From: Eledone cirrhosa
Taxonomy: Eukaryota
Assembly (NCBI GenBank): GCA_964016885.1
Contig: OZ024747.1
Span: 62,992,001 to 63,056,000 of the forward strand
Length of the DNA stretch: 64,000 nucleotides
Reading direction: 5' to 3'
Both the position numbers and the translations under genes were made by a program. Shown piece by piece: positions 53,574 to 64,000 of this stretch (positions are counted from its first letter, which is position 1; each line of letters starts with the position of its first letter). The notes beneath the pieces are model-generated. The model did not search any database. It worked only from the letters and a program-made list of their open reading frames with translations, and was not told the DNA's origin.

Positions 53574-53862
53574 TATAAAGAACTGATAATGTATTATGAA
53601 AGCATTCTTAATAAAATACCAGACTGTAGCACCAACTAAAACACCTTTTGTTCTACACTATTAAGTCATTTATTTTAATTGCTTATATTTATCTATAAAC
53701 TTTCCATCATAATATTATTAAGAACTTTTGTTAAGTAATATTCTAAACAACTGCTTAATAATGAGAAAGTTAGTTGTATTACTAAATCTCCTTCTAAATT
53801 ATTCGAAAATCATAGTCAGTGTATTTCATTAAAGATATGTAATGAAGAATTTTAATATGCTA

Positions 53863-54044
<182 letters not shown>

Positions 54045-55609
54045 AATCAAAATTATTTAAAAATATTTTTCACAAAGGCCAGTTTGTGATGCTATTTTTT
54101 GCCTTTTTCTTTCAACTAACTAAAGTATGGTAAGTTGGAAGAAATGTTAATGTATGGATCTAAATGTCTGACAAGTATTTAGGAGTGATACCTCTTGGAG
54201 TGTAATATTCCATATGAATTGGTAGGGCCCATTGAATGGGCCAATAACTTAAGACCCATACAAATATGGGAATTAATTTGGATGATTATATGAAGCATCA
54301 GACACTGGTCCTTATGTAACTCTAGTGGGAACCACTACATCGTGAACATTTAAGACAGGTTTTTGATTTAAGGATAACATCTGCTTTCTCATTCCCTATC
54401 CTGAGTGGCCCTAGAAAAGGTCCAACTACCTGAGTCATACAAGTTTAAAAACTTAATAAAAAGCTAATATATCTTGTGATGGAAATGAAAAAGTATGCAG
54501 AGGGATAGAATCCCTTTACTTTGCAATTTCAGGCTGGAGGTTTATGGAGTCTAACCCCTCATGCTGGTCCTTATTAAACTCATCCTCACAGATTTAATGT
54601 AACCCTATTTCCTAAAGCCCATTTCCATCACTAAATATATCTTCACTAATTCTGATTAATTTTTATTACATCTATATATTAATTAGGAAAGAAACCTCTA
54701 CTAGTCCCTCAACCTGTTTGAATAACAGTAAAATATCCCTCAAATCACACCTTATCATCATAAATAAAAGATATCTTAGATATTTTAGTCCCTGATATAT
54801 AAAGATGAGATGGACATCAAACCAGAGTTTATTTTGGTTTTATTTGTGGTAAGTGACTGAGAACAGAAGACTCACACATGGACAGGATGTCAGTCTATTG
54901 CAAGCATATGTTTTCAGCTGGATTAAGTGGAGCAAAGTGAAATGGAACATTTTACTCTAGAACACATTTAACTTGATTCAGGAATTGAAACCTCTGACAT
55001 TGTGTTTGTAAGCCTAACACCCTAACCCCTAGTATGCATAACTTCATATGTGTTCAAGCTAACATATGATTTCTAGAACTGTAAGAGACTGATAGCAAGT
55101 ATTAGAGACTGTTAGTAGAATTCTATAATTCTTCCAATCTGCTGATTCTTTGTTGGTTATTTTTCTGTGATTTCTTCAGACAACAGATAAATTGAATTAC
55201 ATCATGCTAACTAATTTAGTAATTCGATAGTTTTCTACTTAATCGTATCATCTTAACCTTTTTTCTCATAGTCTACACTATGTTTCAATTGATATATTTG
55301 CTTTGTAACTTCTCCTATCATTACACTCGGAACTTTTATTTCAAATCCAGTTGTTTCATCTTATTTACTGAACCAGTCTACTAGATAATTACTTGTCAAA
55401 TTTGGTGATGTTTAAATTCTTTTCACTGCAAATGGTAACTATAGTCCAATGAAATCTCTGCTCAATGTATTATAGAAAAATGGAAAGGAGTTGATTGTCT
55501 ATGTTTCCATTGATCTATTGATTGATGATACTATCTGTTGGTTGCAACCATTGACAGATGTGTTACCATTTTTCTGGTTACAGGAGGCAAGAATTGAACT
55601 CAGAAACAT

Positions 55610-56136
55610 GATGTTGGTAGTAGTGGTGGTTTTGTTTTTGGTGGTGTTGGTGATGGTAGTGATTTTAGTATTATTGATGTTGTATTTGATAATGGTGGTG
55701 TTGGTGGTATTGGTGATGGTAGAGGTATTAGTGTTGTTGATGGTGTGTTTGATAGTGGTGGTGTTGGGGATGGTAGTGGTTTTGGTATTGTTTATAGTGT
55801 ATTTGATAGTGGTGGTATTGGTGTTGGTGGTAGTGGTGGATTTGTTTTTGGTAGTGTTGGTGATGGTAGTGATTTTAGTATTGTTGATGGTGTATTTGAT
55901 AGTTGTGGTTTTGGTAGTAGTTTTGTTTTTGGTGGTGTTGGTAATGGTTGTGGTTTTAATGTTGTTGATGGTGTGTGGATAAAGGTGGTGTTGGTAGTAG
56001 TGGGGGTGGTGATAGTAGTGGTTTTAGTGTTGTTGAAGGTGTTGGTAGTAGTGGGAGTTTTGTTTTTGGTGGTGTTGGCAATGGTGGGGGTTTTAGTGTT
56101 GCTGGTGGTGTTGGTAGTAGTGGAGTTGGTAGTAGT
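55610..56136. repeat. GGT/GTT/GAT trinucleotide-derived low-complexity repeat
   Basis: Recurring gtgttggtgatggtagtg..gtatttgatagtggtg blocks; explains poly-V/G/T ORFs. Confidence 0.9.
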
Positions 56137-56547
56137 CCATTGGTATCCAGACAATGTCTAAAATACAGAAATTGGAGCTTATAACATTAATGAAATAAGA
56201 CATTGCTAACCTCAGCTTCATAGCTTCTGTACAGTCTTTGTTTCAGTTCCATTATCTTTGGAGATTACTAATTAAAAGTTTCTTAAAAATAAAGAATCTT
56301 CATTTGATATTGAATGAATTTTTATTCAGATATTGGTACAATCTTGTAATCTTATTAGGAATGGTGAATGTAACATCCAATATGGCCAGACTGCTATGCT
56401 ATGTAATCATAAAAGTATAGTGCTCATTAACTGGAAAGTACTTGGTAAAGAAGGAAATATTCTTTACCGTATTTCACCTGGTTAAGATTCTAAGTTAAGC
56501 TCTAAATTTAGAGTAGATTATTTGATGAAAGTTGTTGGTAGATAGTA

Positions 56548-56682
56548 CAGATCTGCCAACCTCTGAAAACCCAAACACGGAGAATCATGAAAAAAAGTGC
56601 CCCACTTGGAGACATGAGGCAAAATGGGGAGATTTTACATAAGGAAAGCTATACCATCGGATGAGGAGAGTTGACAGGTCTG
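56548..56682. mobile_element. Small MITE-like element
   Basis: Imperfect TIRs CAGATCTGCCAAC / GTTGACAGGTCTG; tagta directly repeated on both flanks. Confidence 0.5.
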
Positions 56683-56709
56683 TAGTATAAGAAACAAGTA
56701 CTTTAAGGT

Positions 56710-56995
56710 CATTTTCTTTTCAGAATGGGAAGGGTGATTGAGGCATAATAACTTTCAATGTCAAATTGAAGGAACTTGGTCCTTTCTTTGTTGTTAATCC
56801 ATTGGAACCAGTCAGGGACTTCAGTGATGTTCATTCAGAGATTAAGGTGCAAATGTGCCTAAAAACTTAGGTATAAAACAATCCATCAGTTGCTTGCTAA
56901 TCCATCTATGTCAGACTTGATGGAGTCGATAAGATGTATAGTCGGGTTGTGGTTGAAGTCACATTTGCGGTCCTTCAGGGTAAAGTGCGGTTACC
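56710..56995 (-). pseudogene. Penelope-like element reverse transcriptase fragment
   Basis: - strand with frameshifts: PHFTLKDRKCDFNHNPTIHLIDSIKSDI..LNL*MNITEVPDWFQWINNKERTKFLQFDIESYYASIT (RT motif A); matches recalled PLE pattern TLKDHK..NP..RLINP.KS.IG..FDI..FYPSI. Confidence 0.72.
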
Positions 56996-58141
56996 TGCCC
57001 TAGCACTTGCACTCCCACCAGAAATTCCCCTACAGACCCCACCCCTGGTTCCATGTCCCATCCCTTTACCCCTCATGTCTTGTATTTACATACTATTTAC
57101 CATGTATCATCTACCAATCACTACTCACCTTGTAAATTTCTTTTTCCATACTATACTTGTTAAGTGTATGTGTGCAAACAATTTTACAACTTCTATATGT
57201 GTGTGTATGTGTATGTGTGTGTGCATGCGTATGTATGTTATATACTGGCAAATATAGTAATAGTTTTCTAGAGAAAGGCACTAACTTTTCAACTTCTTAT
57301 CCTCCATCTTTTAAAATCTATGCCTTTATATTCATTTAGTAGTAAATAAAAAAAAAAAAATTAGTTTTGCATAGCTCTGAAAATATTCCTAATTATTTGC
57401 AGATAAATTCATCTTATTTGTTGAGCAAATATTTATGGAGGGAGAAAGAGAAAAAAATATATTCTGTTTGGTTGATAAAAAGCAAATATTTCATATGCTT
57501 GGTGGTATTGAATTGGTTGTTTGAAATGAAGGGAAATCATATTTCTAGAGCTACTCAATCAAATATATTACTGCTCTTATCAGTGCAAAATAATTCTCTT
57601 CCATTTTTTGTTATTCTGTTTTCACTTAAAGAAGAAATTCTATGCTCAGAGCTCTTAGATTCTAAGAATGTTAAGGTTATTTGAAATTAGTTTCCTTTTA
57701 CTAAGCACGAAGTTCTTATAATTTTAACATTTTTGTTAACACATTTCTAATGAAAAACACAGCTTATTATTTTAAATAATTAAAAAAATAAAGAATTTGG
57801 AGGTATTTATCATTATGAAGCTGGCATTTGGAACATAACTTAATGTTCTTACACAACTTATGATAAAATGTTTTTATATAAACATAAACAATTTTTTCCA
57901 TCACCCTGTGTATCAAATCCTTTTGTCTCTCTCTCTCCACTCAGACAAATTTGATTTATGAGGTTTATTTATATGAAGCCTGAAGAGGGGATAGGATCCC
58001 CAAGATTTTAAATGCCCAAGAAACACCATATGTTACAACGGTGCCCCTACAAATCCATCAAGATTTATGGGTACATATATACAAACAATTTAACTCTTAA
58101 CATTCTGTAATGTATTTGTGAGTGAATAGTAATAATAAAAT

Positions 58142-58565
58142 AATTGTTTCTACTTTTGGCACAAGGTCAGCAATTACCCAGTGTATTACTGGTACTTTAT
58201 TTTATCGACCCCATAAGGGTGAAAGGTAAAGTTAGCCTTGGGGGGGGGGGGGGGGGGATTTGAACTCAGAACGTTAAGGGCCATAACTCTATGCTTCAAA
58301 GCATGGCGTCTGACCCTCTATCGATATTGCCAATCCACCACAACAACAATAATGGTTTCTGATTTAGGCACAAAACCAACAATTTTGGGGGAGGGGTAAG
58401 TTGATTAAATCAGGGCCAGTGGATTACTGGTACTTTATTTTATCGATCCCGTAATGATGAAAGGCAAAAGTTAACCTCGGTGGGATTTGAACTCAGAGCG
58501 TAAAGGACCATAACTCTATGCTGTAAAGCATGGTGTCTGACACTCTACCAATACTGTCAATTCAA
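58142..58565 (-). mobile_element. Two adjacent SINE family B copies
   Basis: About 58142-58340 (with poly-G expansion) and 58352-58565. Confidence 0.85.
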
Positions 58566-59289
58566 TAATATCATGATATTATTAATATTCAGTTTGTTTA
58601 CAAGTAAACAGCCTCATAAAACACCATCCTTTTGTTCCAGCAGTAGCTGAGAGAAAACAAATTCAGAAACAAATCTAAAAATGGGATTGTTAATTCAAAT
58701 ATTTATAGTATCTTTACTAGTAAATAAGATGTGAAAATGTTTTAACAAATAAACAACAGGTCTGGAAAACATTTGTATGACGCTCTGTTATTTCCTTTGT
58801 TTCTCATATTCATAAAATAAGAGTTTATATAATTTAACAAAACAAAAACAGAAAAAGAAACGAAAAGAAAAAAAAAAGACACTTCATATAATGTCTTTGA
58901 TCTGTAAATAAACTGATATCATGTAATTTATGGGTGATCAAAGAGAACATAATTCTGAGACTATAAACTATGACAGTGTATTAATTAAAATATACAATAA
59001 CTTTTTATACTTGAAGTAAATAAGTTAAATCATGTGAAGATTATTAACAGATATATCTGTGTGTATTTAATATGTAGACTATCATCATAAGACAGCAATA
59101 CATCATTAAATGGAATTTTTGGAATGTTAATCAATAGTTTTGCTTTTGGCATCAAAAATACAAAACATATGTCTATGAATTATCTCTCTCTCTGAAGGTA
59201 TATATTTATATATACATACACACACACACACACAGATACGTACACACACACACATATGTACACACACACACACACACTCACACACATAA

Positions 59290-59453
59290 ATTAGGTATAT
59301 GAAGACAAATTAATAGCTAGCAAATATAGAAATTACTGAAGGAAAAGGATTATATGTGCATATATATATATATATATATACACACACGTACAGACACGCA
59401 CACCCACACATACACACTCACACACATATGTGTGTGTGTGTATGTGTCTGTAC

Positions 59454-59492
<39 letters not shown>

Positions 59493-59563
59493 TGCACATA
59501 TAATCCTCATCCTTCAGTAATTTCTATATTTGCTAGCTATTAATTCGTCTTCATATACCTAAT
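59290..59563. repeat. Fold-back inverted repeat enclosing a mirrored microsatellite
   Basis: attaggtatatgaagac..ggattatatgtgca-(TA)n-cacacgtacagacac mirrored on the right. Confidence 0.92.
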
Positions 59564-60169
59564 CTATTCTTACCAATTCTAATATAGTATTTACTCTCAT
59601 ATTTGTGAGTATGTGTTTGTGTATTATCATTTAGATTCATCAAAAGATTTTTGTCAATTTATTACACCAATTACTATTTCCATTATGAAATGAAAATATG
59701 TAAAAATATGATCAGTAAAATAGCCTAAAACATTTCTTGATTATTAGACTAGTCTCTGCTTTTTCTGATAAGAAATTATATCATTCAACAATTTATTGCA
59801 TTCTGATATATCCCACTCCATGTCTTTTGTATCTTTCTCATTAATTACATGAAACTTGTATTAAAATTTGACATATCAGCTAAAGGGTCGTGAGTTGTTA
59901 CAGTGTTGAATAGGTGAGAGGAAGAGAGAGAGGGAGAGAAAGTGGGAGTTGGGCTTTCACTAGACATGTCTTTGACACAATACTTTAGAATGCTTTTAAC
60001 ATCTTCTCATCATATTCCATTCTAGGTGGTGATTGGCAGAGTCATTAAAGTGTCATGAACTATACAGAACAGCTCTCTACTCTCTGCAACAAATTTAAGT
60101 CTTGCTGAGGTCAATTTTGTATTTCATCCTTTTGGGTTTGATAAAATACCAGGCTGGTACTGTCGCTGA

Positions 60170-60222
60170 CCCCCCCCCCCCCCCCCTCTCTCTCTCTCTC
60201 TCCCACTCTCTCTCTCTCCCTC

Positions 60223-60266
<44 letters not shown>

Positions 60267-60277
60267 ACTCTCTCTCT

Positions 60278-60340
<63 letters not shown>
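60170..60340. repeat. poly-C/(CT)n/(TA)n microsatellite
   Basis: Direct inspection. Confidence 0.95.
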
Positions 60341-60341
<1 letters not shown>

Positions 60342-60558
60342 GAAGGACTAAATTTATTCATATGTATCCCATTTGCAACCACGCAGCACGCCATGTTTTC
60401 ATATTTATATATATATATTTTCCTCCGCTGTGACCCATCTGTTTCTTTCTTACTGCTTCCTCTTTTCTCTGTATCTCTCACTTCCCTTTACCCCCTCTAA
60501 CAGTCACTCTCTCTGTTAGCCTCTTCCTCACTCTCTGCTACTCCCTCTCCTACTTCAT

Positions 60559-60817
60559 CCCGTTTGACCTGTGCAAAATTCTTTCCTCACGCACACTTTG
60601 ACCAGGTCGGTTGTTCTTTATTCTCTCTCGTCTACGATTTCACAGAACTTATGTTCACTGATTTCAGGGACTTGACTCCTTCTTCCTCCCATTTGACCTG
60701 TGCGAAATTCTTTACTTGCTCACATTTCGACCAGGTTTGATGGTCTTTATTCTCTCTCGTCCACAATTTCAAAGAACTTATGTTCATAGATTTCAGGGAC
60801 TTGACTCCTTCTTCCTC
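60559..60817. repeat. 129-bp tandem duplication (diverged)
   Basis: tttgacctgtgc at 60563 and 60692; both units end gatttcagggacttgactccttcttcctc. Confidence 0.9.
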
Positions 60818-60988
60818 ACTTTTTGTTGCATTACCATCTTTGATTGTTTACAGTGTCGCTCATTCCCCTTATTTACGTGTCCCAACGACTTTCTTTAGCC
60901 GTTGCTCAGACCAACCGAAGGTATATGGTCTTTAAAGCGATGAAATACCAATGAAGGTTGGCAGATCACTGATGAAGGACTAAATTTA

Positions 60989-61033
<45 letters not shown>

Positions 61034-61041
61034 ATATATAT

Positions 61042-61358
61042 AGTTTACTCAGCTGCAGAAATGAGATGATAGGACTGCGGTCCCTATCATTCCACTGCAA
61101 AGTGGTCGTGGAGGTGCCACGGCAAAAAAGCACCTAGCCCACACTGTAAAGTGGACGTGTAGGCGCCACGGCAAAAAAGCACACACCACTCACTGTAAAT
61201 GAGGTTGGTGTTAGGAAGGGCATCTAGCTGTAGAAATCAAGCCAGAATCAGTTCTCATATGAGTAAGACAAGATCAGCTGACTGGACACTGCCCACAACG
61301 GCACAAGTCCCACCCTTGCAAGCAGGGAAAAGCGGACGTAAAATGATGATGATGATGA
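61042..61358 (+). mobile_element. 5'-truncated SINE family A variant in (TA)n
   Basis: Starts mid-CORE agtttactcagctg; duplicated gccacggcaaaaaagcac module; (GAT)n tail. Confidence 0.85.
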
Positions 61359-62367
61359 TATATAGAATCTTTCACTTTCTCCCTCTTTTGTTCTCTCTGG
61401 AAGAAAGTGGCTATGTTTGAATGATGGGCTCTGGCAGGTTTCAAATGCCCAAGAAATGTCATATGTCGCAAGTCTCCTATAAAGGTTTTAGACAAAATTA
61501 TTGACACATCACTCTTGCAATGTTCTTTTTTTTGTCCCTGATGCTACTATGTACAGGTTTAATGTACAGTTAATGTGTATTGTAGAAAATATTTTCAACA
61601 GTTCAAGCAAGTGGTGAAAAGAGATAGATAGTTTTGACAAAGGGCAATAACTCAGAAACATGTTAACTGTTTCTCTATTGTTAGAAAAAACTGATAATGG
61701 CAGACATTTAAAAAAACAGCATAATGAGGCTGTTTGCTTGCAAACAAATCAAATATTATTGTTATTCAATATAAAACTCATAAATACATTTATGTAAGAG
61801 CAAGAAACCAAGTTCTAATTTAGTTTATATATATGTTTATATACATATACACACACACACACATATATATATATACATACATACAAATATATATATATAC
61901 ATACATTATATATATACACATATATATATTGGTGTGTGTATGTTTGTTAATGGAATTGTCGTAATCTACAAATTGGAAAATGCACCTCTGCAAAATTTCG
62001 TTAAAATCTATGCATAATTCGGAAAGATATATGAAAGAAACTTCGAGGGAGTGGAGCACTAAACTAGTTATGCCAAAGAAAAAAATTGATTATGTCAAAA
62101 TTTGAAACTAGAATGCTGGATGAAATTAAATATTGATAAACAACTCTACAAATTTCTTAACTATTCACAGTACTAAGCTCACAACAATTCCCATTACTTT
62201 CTGTTTATCTGGTAATTTTCTTTATCTTTAACAGCCTAGGGTTAAGGTTTTCTTAAAAAATATCAAAAGAAATAGTGTTACAGTTGAGATTGAAAGAAAG
62301 AGGTGGATTTACTGGATTAAATAAAAAATATTTAAACTACAATGAAAAGAATATATATTGCAAAACC

Positions 62368-62416
<49 letters not shown>

Positions 62417-62507
62417 TATATATATATATCATCATCATCATCATCATCATTTTACGTCCGCTTTTCCCTGCTTGCAAGGGTTGGATGGGTCCTATAAGAC
62501 CCATCCA

Positions 62508-62554
<47 letters not shown>

Positions 62555-62555
<1 letters not shown>

Positions 62556-62830
62556 CATCATCATCATCTTCGTTTAACTTTCATCTTCCACGCTAGCATG
62601 GGTTAGACGGGAGTTGTCCCACTTGAGGCAAGGTTGGTCGGGTGACCGTGTCTCACACATATAGGACTATCTGGCAGGTTTTCTACGGCTCGATGCCCCT
62701 CCTAACACCAACCACATTTACAGTGTGGAACTGGGAACTTTTTCCGTGTTACTTACACGGCCACATTACAGTGTGGACTGTGTGTTTTTTTGTCGTGACA
62801 CCTACACGATCTCGATCTCATTATCTCATT
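62555..62830 (-). mobile_element. SINE with RTE-type tail (same family as 39111-39340)
   Basis: cccacttgaggcaag..cctaacaccaaccacatttacagtgtgg..cacggccacattacag. Confidence 0.8.
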
Positions 62831-63022
62831 TATTTGGACTGAATGTTGTGGTACCAACTTTACAGAGAGAGGGTGGTGTTGGTGAGAGTGGGAGGATAGG
62901 GTAGGGGTAGTGGATATATGTATATATTAATTCCAGAATCCACGTCTGATGAGCTATCAAATCCTATTGGGCCCTATCACTACCAATCTTACCTTGAACT
63001 GATCAAATGTCATGTGTGAATA

Positions 63023-63090
63023 ACTTAGATACCTTAGATAGGTTTTGGCCAGTATAGGCCCAGGCCATGTCTCACTTAATAGCACCACCT
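63023..63090 (-). mobile_element. Extreme 3' end of the CR1-like LINE family
   Basis: Reverse complement aggtggtgctattaagtgagacatggcctgggcctatactggccaaaac matches 30854-30902. Confidence 0.8.
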
Positions 63091-63813
63091 AATAAACATA
63101 TTATATTGATATGTTGTTCCTGCTCCTAATATATATATATAAATTTGATTATGTGATGGTTGTTTACCAACACTTCAGTATGCAGGTGTGTCTGTAATTT
63201 AAAAACAAAAGTGTAAGTCAACAGGTTAAAATTAACTTAGTTTATTCATATTCGCTGCAATATATATTTCAGCGATAAACATTATTCAACAGCAATGACC
63301 TGAGGCAGCTAGAACTTGAACATTTAGCAGCGAAGGATATAAATGTAATTGGGACACGAGTAACATAATAATGATGTCAACAGCAGAAATAAGAGATGAA
63401 ATGTATGTTTATTTGTTGTAACACAAAGTAATGTTTGTTTAGTTGAAGTTAAATATAAGAGGGTTACAAAAGGAATGTGGCATTGTGCCAGGCCCAAGGA
63501 AGGCCGGCAGGCCAAAGTGTAAATCTCACCGTTACATGTTGTTTGTGCTTACGGAGCAAGAGAATAAGTGGTCTTTACCTTAGCATGGTCAAGCTGCAAG
63601 AGAGAGATTTTTTGGAGCTGACGCGGGAATTTTTCCCTCAGGGCGTGTGTAGGGATACATTCTCCTACGCAGGCGGCGATTGGCTGAGCTGAGCCAAACA
63701 ACGCATGGAGAATGTATATGAGCTCGCGGAATGTAGGTCACTACAAACAGAAAAAACAAGAAAACATAAGGGTGGAACAAAGTTTACCTCTGTTATTTCG
63801 TTAATATGCCCAC

Positions 63814-63872
63814 TTCCGAAGTGTGGTATTGTTTTCTCCAGTTCTTTGAGAAAACAATACCACACTTCGGAA
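63814..63872. repeat. Perfect hairpin, 25-bp arms, 9-nt loop
   Basis: ttccgaagtgtggtattgttttctc / gagaaaacaataccacacttcggaa. Confidence 0.95.
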
Positions 63873-64000
63873 TTACCTTGCTAATTCTACCTATGTTGAA
63901 TTTTGACTGGCTGATAAGTCTAATTGATGAAGGATTGCTAAGGAAATCTAATTTATGGTTTTGCAGCTGAATTGGGTTGGAAAAGTTCTGCTCCATCTTC
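63872..64000 (-). pseudogene. Second Penelope-like RT fragment, running off the window edge
   Basis: QLQNHKLDFLSNPSSIRLISQSKFNIGRISKVI is homologous by eye to FTLKDRKCDFNHNPTIHLIDSIKSDI at 56910-56990. Confidence 0.6.

Noticed and set aside
55491-56184. Poly-Val 'membrane' ORF and Gly-rich or Thr/Pro-rich ORFs
   Set aside because: Open in several frames on both strands because of a trinucleotide-derived repeat; no splice or domain evidence
61640-62110. Possible Helitron-like or other DNA-element relic (aagggcaataactc..gcaaaatttcgttaaaatc)
   Set aside because: Only vague motif recall; no termini or hairpin identified
63477-63692. ORF with CCLCL resembling a PLE C-terminal Cys motif
   Set aside because: Opposite strand to the RT fragment and no GIY-YIG motifs

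Overview
AT-rich, microsatellite-dense eukaryotic non-coding DNA (intronic or intergenic). The SINE families and long (TA)n/(TATG)n/(CA)n tracts suggest an octopus-type cephalopod genome (inference). I find no credible intact host gene: the long ORFs are microsatellite translations and the rest are decayed transposon fragments (RTE, CR1-like, R4/Dong-like, two mariner types, Penelope-like RT). Also present are dozens of tRNA-derived SINEs and several TTAA-flanked piggyBac-like MITEs. The strongest signal is a cluster at 22-33 kb of short non-coding elements in (TA)n tracts carrying minimal hammerhead-ribozyme motifs of the Penelope-like element (PLE) type. Two share a non-canonical CCGANGA core with differing but still paired stems, and one has an 88-nt branched stem II. 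Two perfect palindromes (56-bp and 157-bp arms) have their axes at the 5' edge of a hammerhead. A ~520-bp inverted duplication of host DNA begins within 6 nt of a predicted cleavage site. Two PLE reverse-transcriptase fragments elsewhere in the window are candidate partner families. All family assignments are from motif recognition by eye, not database searches.
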